A DNA stretch of 64,000 nucleotides from Oopsacas minuta (Eukaryota > Animalia > Porifera), in assembly GCA_024704765.1 (NCBI GenBank), contig JAKMXF010000088.1, positions 801,029 through 865,028 on the forward strand, read 5' to 3'. Of the stretch, positions 13,901 to 24,960 are shown one piece after another. The notes below the pieces were generated by a model that was not told the DNA's origin, did not search any database, and worked only from the letters and a program-made list of their open reading frames with translations. The position numbers and the translations under genes are program-made. Position 1 is the first letter of the stretch. Each line of letters starts with the position of its first letter.

Positions 13901-16276
13901 TCAAGACTATAAAAGGGTTAGTTAGAGCTAATGGATTAGTGTCGTTATTAAATAAATCGGTACACTAAGATCACTGGTATTTATAGGTAACGAGTGAACA
14001 CCTGGAGAGTGTTAAGCCTGAGTTAATACTAATTTGATTGGATAATCGCAGAGAAGCTCTTTAATGCGATTAGATAATGGTATTATCTAGGTACGATATA
14101 CTAACCTTGGTATGCTGTATCCGTGTCTGGGTATGTCTCCACTGCCTGGACGTTGGGAGAGGGAGTATCGTATAGGTCATGTGATAGATTGGTTGCCATG
14201 GAGACGGGGTGAGGTATTGGGATATCATCAGGAACGTCATAAGCGTCGTTGCTAGGGTAATCGGGATGGTATGTAGATCTGGAATATTGAGTAGGATAGG
14301 TTGTTTGTAGATTTGCTGGAGATGGAGATTGGTATCGGTCTGGTGTGGATACGCCTATTTACTTAACACTGTAATAGTTCTAGCTTACAGTTTCAATTAA
14401 CACATGTTAACTGCAACTATACAATAGGGAATATCCATGGTCCAAGTACAACTCACCAGTAGAAAATCCTGAATTAGAAATAGTACTGAATGATGTGTCA
14501 GTGCTTGAGTTAGAGAATGATTCTCTCTTTGTTGATTTAAAGTATGCCAATCTCTCTACTGGGTCGCTAGGACAGTGCTGGTGGTTATTAGAGACCTTAC
14601 GTGATGACGTCAGAGTGCTTTTGCGCACTGTAGCGGCTTGTGCTATCATAGAAGCGAAGTTGCTAGTATCAACAGCACCTGTAAACAGAGGGATTATTAA
14701 ATGCACGATATGGGTTGTTAATAATAGCTAACCTTGATACTCATTGTATTTTGGTAGAGGTGACATAATTAATTCAGGCTCAGGTTCTGTCTGCATTCCA
14801 TTGAGGTTAATTCCTCTCACAGGCGTATCCAAGGACTCAGTATCTGGAATGTGTGTATTGTCAGGAGAAGGGGAGGGGATAGGAGGATAGTTTAGAGTAG
14901 TGCTAGACTGTGAGGTTGATGGGGGACGAGGAATAGCTACAGGTCTTGCCTGACCTATAAATATCACAAATAATAACACAAATAATATAATAACTTCCAA
15001 TTCCAGATAACTAACTGAGAGCCTGCAGTATCTGTCTAGATGTATAAGCTCTGGGATTAGTAAACTTGTGAACCAAATCCATTGCTGTCTGACTCTGTGA
15101 ATTCTTCAAATTCTGATTACACCTCAGCTATAAGAGTGACGTCATAACAAAGCATATAAATGTGTAAATATTCACATACCTGAACCAATAACTTAACAAC
15201 ATCAACACGTCCGTATAGAGCAGCCTCGTGTAGCGGAGTCCCGTTAGGTCCCATCTCATCTACAGAGTATCCGCACTCTATCAACATCTTTAATATCTCA
15301 GTATGACCCTGCTTAGCACACATATGTATAGGAGATTGTATAAGAGATTGTCCGGGTGCATATCTGCAGGGAAAGCAGCCTGTATCCAATAGGACTCTAA
15401 CAGCCTAGAACAGCTGATTAAAACTATGGTAATTAATAACATTCGTAACCGTTGCTACCTTTGTATGTCCCATGAAACAAGCTACGTCTAGAGGAGTCTG
15501 TTTAGATTCGTTGTAGATGAGAGGGTTAGCTTGAAAATCAATAAGCACTGACATCTGTAAATAAACAAGTAAACAATAATACAAATAATGAGTAACTTGT
15601 TTCAGCTACACATGATCTCCATCTAAGCATACAGCAGTTCATATCTCATATTTATGACGTTATCATAATACAAAGTGACCAATTCATGGAAATATTTCAA
15701 TGACTCTACTTCGATGCGGTCGGTAGAGCTAAAGCTAGTTTCCAACTAACAATAGGCTAATACTCACTACACTAGAGTGTCCGTATTGAGCTGCTACGTG
15801 TAACGGAGTCTCTTTACTGTTAGCTACAGAGCAAGGACTAGCATTGAATTCTAACAGAGCATGAGCTGCCTCTAGATTGCCTCTAAAGGCTGCGTAGTGT
15901 AGAGGAGTTAACCCTCTATTATCTTTAAGATCTACTGAGGCTTTTAACTCTAACAGATCATTGAGTAGATCCAGCTGATTCTGCATAGAGCACAGGTGTA
16001 CAGCTGATAACCTGTAGACAGAGGTATTTATATGTTATACTAAAGATCAATCATATTAAAAATAGACACTATTAAAATATGAACTTACCCCTCCTCATTC
16101 TGATAATTAATAGTAGAAAGCTTCTTAGCAGGACCTAAACAATATCAATATTTATCTCACATTCCTTCACGCTATATCCGTAACTAACCTGATTTCCTTA
16201 GCTTAGCCAGAAATTTCCTGACACCCTCTGGAGTACCAGACTTTATCAGCGTTATTAGCTCTGTATCTCTACCCAT
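10956..16276 (-). CDS. CASKIN: Caskin-like scaffold: ankyrin repeats, long Pro/Tyr-rich linker, tandem SAM domains, Pro-rich region, Caskin C-terminal helix; many exons
   Basis: Start MGRDTELITLIKSG (compare MGKEQEL). ANK motifs GLTPLHYAAFRG, ETPLHVAAQYGH, GTPLHEAALYGR and SQTAMDLVHKFT. Two SAMs (DYLTVLTDAGY..GVSKAGHKKKLL; YQSTLIESGYDDLEFIADMTVEELMELGINK). Last exon EVLNDIDQMLANLNLEIDNLMTDS* resembles the Caskin C-terminal domain. Confidence 0.8.
15594..15760. mobile_element. MITE-like element with AACTTGTTTCAGCT-type ends, copy 2 (Caskin-like intron)
   Basis: aacttgtttcagctacac (15594) ... ggtagagctaaagctagtt (to 15740). Internal homology to 897..1160. Confidence 0.6.
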
Positions 16277-16600
16277 TAAGCTAATATTCACACAAATATT
16301 AGTCACATATATTATAAGGCGTAATCTCCAAAATGGGGCTTCTGGAAACGTAGTAATTATCAGCACCAGTTTATGGGAGGTTACACCGTATACTGCATGA
16401 ATATATACAAATATTCAGTTTCTAGAGAATTACAATATTTCAATTATTCTATACACACAGTAAACCTATAATTCAGTATTACTGAATAGAATTGAATTTA
16501 TATTATCAGTGTACCTACTTAGCTGCAATCCCTCATGTAAGGACTCGAGAGTAAATATTCCGGAAAATTGATATAACGTATGGATTCAAGCATTATTTAA

Positions 16601-16614
16601 GTTGCTATAGCAAC
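16601..16614. promoter_or_regulatory. Perfect palindromic RFX X-box-like site upstream of the Caskin-like gene
   Basis: GTTGCTATAGCAAC, 325 bp upstream of the ATG, fits the X-box consensus GTTNCYATRGNAAC. A related GTTACATGGCAAC lies at 16958. Confidence 0.45.
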
Positions 16615-17051
16615 CAAACTATGCTAGGAATGTGGTTAATACAATGTAACGTGTCTAATAAGCATACTAAGAGTTGAGTGCGCTAATATAAAATGTGGTT
16701 TCTCTTAATAAAGGACAAGTGTTATACAATTGTATGGCAGTATAAAGTAGGACTTCTGTGTAGTAGATTATATGGAAGAAGCCCCTCTATTAATTAGTGA
16801 TATAATTCTGTACAGGCAGTAGCTCTGCACATCTGTTATATTACACGTCCTGTACATATTACGGGAGATTAATATTAGACACTAGATCAGTTCAAGTGAT
16901 TAGACTAATTAATATGAGATAAGGCAATTCATACAGGTGTTAAAATTAGGATTGTGTGTTACATGGCAACGGTACAGATGGATAGGAATCAGTATCATAA
17001 CAATTACATCCAAATAGAAAATAAAGTATATACAATAATAAAATAGAGATA

Positions 17052-18568
17052 TTAGTTAAGTAGTCGTGATCCCTCGTCACTATATGTTAGAGAGAAAGGA
17101 TGACTCACAGCTAGTATGTGCTTATCAGCTGTGTGATAATACAGCTGGTATAGCCCCCCGTCAGGGTGTCTAGGGAGGGTCTTGGACTTAATGATGAATG
17201 AGTAGGTGTTGTCTGACTTAGGGTCTGCACTCTTAGCCCTCAGGGGAGACCAAGTGTAACAGAGGTAGTCAGATGACGTCATGCATCCAAACCTAGTAGA
17301 ATACAGTAGGCTATAAGAACATACCGAATATAAGAACCGGTATAATAATACATACCTGTGTAACCCTATCCAGTCCCATGATGAGAATAATGGGGGCTTA
17401 GCTATAGTAGGTATCCTCTCATGCATATTGTGCAGTAGCTCTATCTTAACAGGTAAATCTGAGGTGACAGGCCAGCTGACGTCTGGTAATACAAACTCTA
17501 AAGGTGGTGAGTACTCCAGCCAATCAGAATATATATCAAAGTATGCATATACTACCTTATGGTCCGAGCAGTCCGGGAGGTCTAGACAGCTGTACTCTAC
17601 AGGGTCTACTCTCACGGGTATCTTCGGTCCGTTAGGGTAGGAGGGAGTAGGCCTGTCACTTGTCATGAAGAGGATTCTGTCACACCAGGCAGGGGTCCGT
17701 TGCTTAGAATTATTATAGTTATTAGTTGAATAAGGAACTAGTTTATAAGAAGGAGGGAATAATATTTCAGCCTCGTTAAAACGAGGGATCTGATCGGTTA
17801 ATATTTGCATCCTCAGCTGATCACACTGTAACAGTTTCTTAGTCTCTTTATTAGCCATTAGTTCTATTGCTTCCTGGAATGTTATGATCTCTAATCTGTA
17901 GTTTAGATCTCCGTACAATATCGAGTAGTTAGACAAATTGAACCATGGATATGATGTGAGTATCTCAAATATTTCTTCGTTACGTCTTTTAATGTTTGAT
18001 TCTACCGAGCACAAGTGAGCACACACACAGCTAACTGTCACAGATCCTAGCTGGAATGTCGTACATACCGCTCCCTTGTTCCCCACCCACCCGGAGTACC
18101 CAGTACGTATCGTATCGGACCCCATCTCCTTGTAGAAGGGGACCAGAGAGCTCCTGACGTATACAACCTATAAAACAGCTGATTAGTACAGCAGGGATAT
18201 TATGATATGATTCTTACCTGTATTATGCCTAGGAGATAGCTGTTATGAACCTGTATCAGATCCTCTCCGTTGAAAGCCTCCTGTAGCTGTCGTAGTATAG
18301 GATCTTCTATAAGGGACCATGGACTGCCTGGCTTTATAAAGTTCTCCTGTAAACCGAACACAAGCACGTCTATACCTACGGAATGTGGTAATATGAAACG
18401 TATCAGAATTAACGTTAATTCTGTTTATAGCTTACCTTCATTCAGTACTTTACTACGAATATGTGTAATATGTGAGTATAGAGGAGTACTGTTCGCAGAA
18501 TTCCATGTGAATACAGCTAGCTGTAGCTTAGTGAAGGTGTGTGGATGAGGTGGTGATCTTGTAGCCAT
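17052..18568 (-). CDS. INPP5K: Inositol polyphosphate 5-phosphatase with C-terminal SKICH-like domain (INPP5K/J-like)
   Basis: ATG at 18568 gives MATRSPP..LAVFTWNS. Catalytic motifs YGDLNYR and RTPAWCDRIL. SKICH-like SSWDWIGL..DYLCYTW. Confidence 0.85.
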
Positions 18569-18720
18569 TACACAATTACATAAGCTGACGTATATACGTA
18601 TCAGCTATTATAGTAATTAGAGCTAATAGCCTATAACACAAACGTAAGGATATTTATAGCTATAAAGTGTTATAATAATATATTACACATATACTAAGGT
18701 TTGCTACAGATATATTATTA

Positions 18721-18852
18721 TTGCTTTTACACGAGTATGTGTATGACGATATACAGGCTGTTACAAGACCTGAGTACATAGATATGCAGCCTGTTATTAA
18801 TATAGAATATGAGGATATACAGCAGACAGGATACAAGAGTATAGGACCTGAA
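18721..18852 (+). pseudogene. Orphan exon-like fragment encoding a receptor tail with three tyrosines at 11-residue spacing
   Basis: YDDI(18742)-x7-YIDM(18775)-x7-YEDI(18808), followed by a gtaagt donor at 18853. Resembles the DDR-A tail (YVDMQP). No upstream ectodomain exons fit before the INPP5K start. Confidence 0.45.
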
Positions 18853-19185
18853 GTAAGTCAATTTAGCATATATCTGTCAAGTATTCAGGACGTACGGAAG
18901 CGAGGGAGGATACTTCCATAGATTCCGAAGGTCCTATGGATATTTATAATTGCATATAGTAGAATTCAGATAAGACGTAATTCGGTTAATACGCGCTATA
19001 TTTTGTCTTAATCCGAATTCTAATGTATAATTATTATTATAGGAAGTGATAGAGCAGGTTAACAACACTCAAGGACAGAGTTATTATGAGATAAACTAAA
19101 AAGAAAGGAAATATTAGTAATACTTTAGAAATAATATTAACATTATATTCTGTAGTGTATATTAGTAATAATTATATTGATTAGC

Positions 19186-19223
<38 letters not shown>

Positions 19224-19237
19224 GTAATAATAATAAT
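19186..19237. repeat. (AAT)n microsatellite
   Basis: Run of taataataa with one agt interruption. Confidence 0.9.
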
Positions 19238-19415
19238 ATGATACAAGTAATTCATCTTGTTTTGGTTAGAATAAACAGAGAATAGTCTCAAAGTATTACT
19301 TTAGTAGTACCCAGATCCTATTACCACTGGTAGTACCCCTCAGTATACTTAAATGTACAGAGGACATAGTTAGGTACAAATATATTGAATAGTATAGAAA
19401 AGATAGCTATTGAGG

Positions 19416-21197
19416 ATGCAGCTGTTAGAAATACAGCGATTATTGTTACTGTTGTTGTTATCAGGATTTGTGACGTCATCTTCACAACAATGTAACACTC
19501 CTATCCTAAGAGATATTATAGACGGGGGTTCTGGAGAAGGAGACTTCATCAACAGTCTAGGATCCAATAGAGTGGTACCAGTTCTCAACCAATCAGAAGC
19601 TTTGGAGATAAGAGTCAGTGGGTTTAATTTTCCAATATTCAGACTAAACACAAACTATGACATTAATGCTATAGATATACAGTTTGGAAGTGAAGGAACA
19701 TCGTGTAGTGACAATGGTATAGCTATAGAAATGGAGACAATTACGATAGGGAATAGTGATCCTGTTGATTCTCCGGGTACAGCAGTACAAATAGGCTATG
19801 ATGATAATGATATAATGAACTTAATAGAGTTAGGAGATCCTAATGAAGGAAGAATAATAAGATTAAGATTTAATGCAGCTAGAGGGAGGTATATCAAATA
19901 TGGAGTAAGTTGATTAAATAGCTATGACGTAGTATTGCATTCTAATAAACAATTTATAGATAACAACAACAAATCCGCCAGGTAATGATAGCAATGTAGT
20001 TGAACTCTGTCTACGTACAGAATTCTACGGCTGTACAAGCGGAGGAATAACAGGATTAACATTCCTACAATACAACCTGATAGAACCTACAGTATATACA
20101 GACTCTATATACACAGGAATAACCTCTAAGGGATATATGTCAGGAGGAGAGGGACTACTGAATGATGGATCTATAGGTCAGTAACACATACAGATTATAT
20201 AACTGTATTAACTATTATGTTACAGGTACAAGCCCTATAGCAGACAATACTCAATGGATAGGATGGGATAATCCTGATATGGAAAATCCTGAAGTTCTGT
20301 TTCTGTTCAGTAGAGATGTGAATATTCGTAACATAAGTATATTCTACTGGGGAGAGACTAGTAGTGATATTACAGTACAGATTAGCAGTGTTAGAGGGAT
20401 AGAGACTGTGGTAGATGAGATTACACAAAATGAAGGATCTGTATACAGGAGGATATATGTATTTGATGGAGTTACTACTGGATTGATAAAACTAAACTTT
20501 ATAGGAATAAGCACAGTGCTGCTGACTGAAATAGAGATTATAGAACCTTTGGAGGGAATGAATCTATTGGGACCTACTCTAGATACCAGTAGGTTCATTG
20601 ATACTACTACAGCAGCAACAGGTTAGTTGTATATAATAATTTAGAGAGAAGTTATGTATTCATGGTATGTATACAGCAGGAATAACGACACCACAACCAC
20701 CAACACCAACAACACCAACAACACCAACAACATCAACAACAGGAATAATATCAACATCAAGTATAGCAACAACAAAATCAAATTCTAACAACCAGACTAT
20801 CTCTCAACCAGTAACAAAAATTCCAACAATAACAACAACAACAACACCAGTTAACACAAACTCATATAGTATATATATTATAATATTAGTAGTTATATGT
20901 ATACTGATATCTGTTGGTATAATACCTGTAGTTATAGTATGTGCATTCCTTTGCTATAAGGCTGGATACAAGGTAGGACAGAGAGACAAGAGTGATTATG
21001 TGGATATGCAACCAGATCCTAAACACGATTACGAACAAATCAAACCAGAAACAGAGCCTCAGTACCAGAATTTATCTAGTAGTGTAAGTTAAGAATTACA
21101 GTATAATCTATGTTCTGTATAATAATATACTTATATTAATTAGGTGAGAGAACATACAGATAACATACAGGACGGTAGTTATTATGTACTCAAGTAA
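19416..21197 (+). CDS. DDR-like receptor A: signal peptide, discoidin/DS-like ectodomain, Thr-rich stalk, TM, short ITAM-like tail; no kinase
   Basis: Spliced exons give [34 protein letters not shown] and [14 protein letters not shown] (DDR has CLRVELYGC, YGGLGQLADG, YVGW..VEMEFEFDR). TM IYIIILVVICILISVGIIPVVIVCAFLC. Tail YVDM-x7-YEQI-x7-YQNL. Stop at 21092 if unspliced or 21197 if spliced. Confidence 0.82.
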
Positions 21198-21654
21198 CAA
21201 ATACGATTATATCTGTAAATATGATTAACAGTGATGTAACGTGATATTTCTCTATAATTTGAGGTTTGAATTATGTGTAAAGCATTAGCTAATATTAAGT
21301 CATCTCTTAGAAGTAATTTTTCCAATTTTGGTTAGAATATACAGAGAGTAGTCCCTGGTTTGTTAAGGTATAAATCTAGCAGTACTCAGGAGTAATTTGC
21401 TATATTTCTATAATAGTTATATACTCTATAGACACTGTCATATACGTGTCATAAACAGAGGTTAGCGGGGGTGTTATAGCCATGAATCCATCTACTAAAA
21501 GATTATAGTCAGAATATTAATATCTCTCCTGTAAGGATAATAGTGTTAAATGGCTGCTTGAAATCTTATCTTCTGTCTGTAATATATGCAGAGTAGTGTA
21601 TAAGATATTGAATAGAATAACAAATATATTAATATTTATATCTAGCGATTAGTT

Positions 21655-24600
21655 ATGCAGCTGTTTGGAATAGAAATACTGTTGTTGTTAACATTGGCTG
21701 TGACGTCATCTTCACAACAATGTAACACTCCTATCCTAAGAGATATTATAGACGGGGGTTCTGGAGAAGGAGACTTCATCAACAGTCTAGGATCCAATAG
21801 AGTGGTACCAGTTCTCAACCAATCAGAAGCTTTGGAGATAAGAGTCAATGGGTTTAATTTTCCAATATTCAGACTAAACACAAACTATGACATTAATGCT
21901 ATAGATATACAGTTTGGAAGTGAAGGAACATCGTGTAGTGACAATGGTATAGCTATAGAAATGGAGACAATTACGATAGGGAATAGTGATCCTGTTGATT
22001 CTCCGGGTACAGCAGTACAAATAGGCTATGATGATAATGATATAATGAACTTAATAGAGTTAGGAGATCCTAATGAAGGAAGAATAATAAGATTAAGATT
22101 TAATGCAGCTAGAGGGAGGTATATCAAATATGGAGTAAGTTGATTAAATAGCTATGACGTAGTATTGCATTCTAATAAACAATTTATAGATAACAACAAC
22201 AAATCCGCCAGGTAATGATAGCAATGTAGTTGAACTCTGTCTACGTACAGAATTCTACGGCTGTACAAGCGGAGGAATAACAGGATTAACATTCCTACAA
22301 TACAACCTGATAGAACCTACAGTATATACAGACTCTATATACACAGGAATAACCTCTAAGGGATATATGTCAGGAGGAGAGGGACTACTGAATGATGGAT
22401 CTATAGGTCAGTAACACATACAGATTATATAACTGTATTAACTATTATGTTACAGGTACAAGCCCTATAGCAGACAATACTCAATGGATAGGATGGGATA
22501 ATCCTGATATGGAAAATCCTGAAGTTCTGTTTCTGTTCAGTAGAGATGTGAATATTCGTAACATAAGTATATTCTACTGGGGAGAGACTAGTAGTGATAT
22601 TACAGTACAGATTAGCAGTGTTAGAGGGATAGAGACTGTGGTAGATGAGATTACACAAAATGAAGGATCTGTATACAGGAGGATATATGTATTTGATGGA
22701 ATTACTACTGGATTGATAAAACTAAACTTTATAGGAATAAGCACAGTGCTGCTGACTGAAATAGAGATTATAGAACCTTTGGAGGGAATGAATCTATTGG
22801 GACCTACTCTAGATACCAGTAGGTTCATTGATACTACTACAGCAGCAACAGGTTAGTTGTATATAATAATTTAGAGAGAAGTTATGTATTCATGGTATGT
22901 ATACAGCAGGAATAACGACACCACAACCACCAACACCAACAACACCAACAACACTAACAACAGGAATAATATCAACATCAAGTATAGCAACAACAAAATC
23001 AAATTCTAACAACCAGACTATCTCTCAACCAGTAACAACAATTCCAACAATAACAACAACAACAATGCCTCCAGGATCTAGCTCTATAATAATAGGAGTA
23101 GTGATAGCATTAGTACTAATCGTATTTCTGATACTACTACTGGTAGTATTAATAGTAGTGTTTCTACTAGTCAGGAGGAGAAGGAATAACAGAGAGAAGG
23201 AGGGATATGTACCCACTAAGAAGAACTCTGGGTCAGCTGTCCGGCAGAACAGTAAGAGCAATGAGATGGGATTATATGAACCTATAGCTAAAGAGAATAT
23301 CAGTGAGCCTTACTATGAAGATCCTGATAAAGTAGTGAAGACTAGAGAAGAGAAAGGTTACTCTAACCTTATAGAGGAGGATATCAACACCTCTACATCT
23401 AAGAATAACGGAGCTGTTAGTACGGCTAATCAGTGGTACGAGGGAGGTGATAATTATGATATATACGCTAAACCCGAGGTAAGCATTATCGGATATAAGC
23501 ACCATCCTCTATACACACGATTCTCATGTATTCCTGTATATAGGATGTGGCAATCTACGCAAAAATAGACAAGCAGAAGTCCGTTAAGAAGCATCCGGAT
23601 AAGATATACGAAGAGCCTCAATATGATTTATCTATTGTACAGGATATAGATCCTGTTCCTTATAGAGATTCATTTGATTCCATCAGCAGCTTCCTGCCCC
23701 CCTCTAGCATATACGAGGCTCCTGCTCAGCTGTTAGAGGAAGAGGGACCCAGACACTTCTCAGCTGGTGACGTCAGAGAGGAGAGCTTCCTTGGCAACGG
23801 ACAGTTCGGTGAAGTTATGCTAGCTACTCTCCTTACAGTATCACCTCGGGAAATGGGGTTAGGACCCTCTGATAAGAAGGGAGTGAAAGTAGCGATCAAG
23901 AAATTAATGTCAGATCCATCTCCTCAGACGAAACAGGATTTCGGTAAGGAAATAAAGTTCATGGCTCGACTGAATCATCCTAATGTAGTCCGACTGCTGG
24001 GGGTTAGTCTGGAAACTCCTAGCCAATCATTCCTAGTAATGGAATACGTAGAGAACACAGATATGGCAAAGTTTCTGAAGGAATGTATATACGTGGATAC
24101 TAAGGGTAGTAACCTTAGAGGCAGACAGGTATGTGTACAATAATTATCTAGAGAGTTATGTGTAGTGACGTCATTATACTGTAGGTTAACCAGGACTGTA
24201 TGGTATACATGGGTCAGCAGATAGCCTCAGGAATGGAGTATCTATCTAATAGGAATTACATACACAGAGATCTGTCAGCTAGGAATTGTCTGGTGGGAAG
24301 TAACTATACTGTTAAGGTGTCAGACTTTGGAATGAGTCAGAATTTGTATTCTAGCGAATACTTCAAGATTACTGGTAAAGCTACACTACCCATAAGGTAA
24401 GTGGATCAGCTGATTATTCCTACTGTAGATAATACATGTGCTGTTAGATGGATGGCTAATGAGACGTTCTACGGACGATTCACTGTAAAATCTGATGTCT
24501 ATGCATTCGGAGTAACTCTATGGGAAATAATGGGTAAGGGAGAGACAAGGCCTTATGACGAGATGACTGACCAGGAGTTGATACGTGACGTAATCGGTAA

Positions 24601-24769
24601 CAAGACAAATAGAGTAAAGCTACAGAGACCTACTTTCGCTAGCCACAGCATATGGACAATAATATCTGCTTGTCTGGTGGTGGAGCCTTCCTTCAGGCCA
24701 AGTTTTATTGATCTGACTCAGCAACTGAGAAGAGAGACTAATTTCTCTATCGAGGAGGTTGCAATCTGA
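21655..24769 (+). CDS. DDR: DDR-like receptor tyrosine kinase B (full length)
   Basis: Ectodomain near-identical to [32 protein letters not shown] followed by RRRR. Kinase motifs [48 protein letters not shown] and [14 protein letters not shown]. Confidence 0.92.
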
Positions 24770-24960
24770 TAGAGGATGTATCTGTTTGTGTGAACTTTTT
24801 AACTTTAAAGTTTTGAGTTGTTTATTAGTGTAATTGTTTGTATATTAAATTGTGTAAATAGCATTATTAATATTACCATAATGCAAACAAAAATGTAAAT
24901 AACAACAACAAATAAAATAAGATACAGAAAAGCAAATAAAATATAACTAAGGATAAATAT

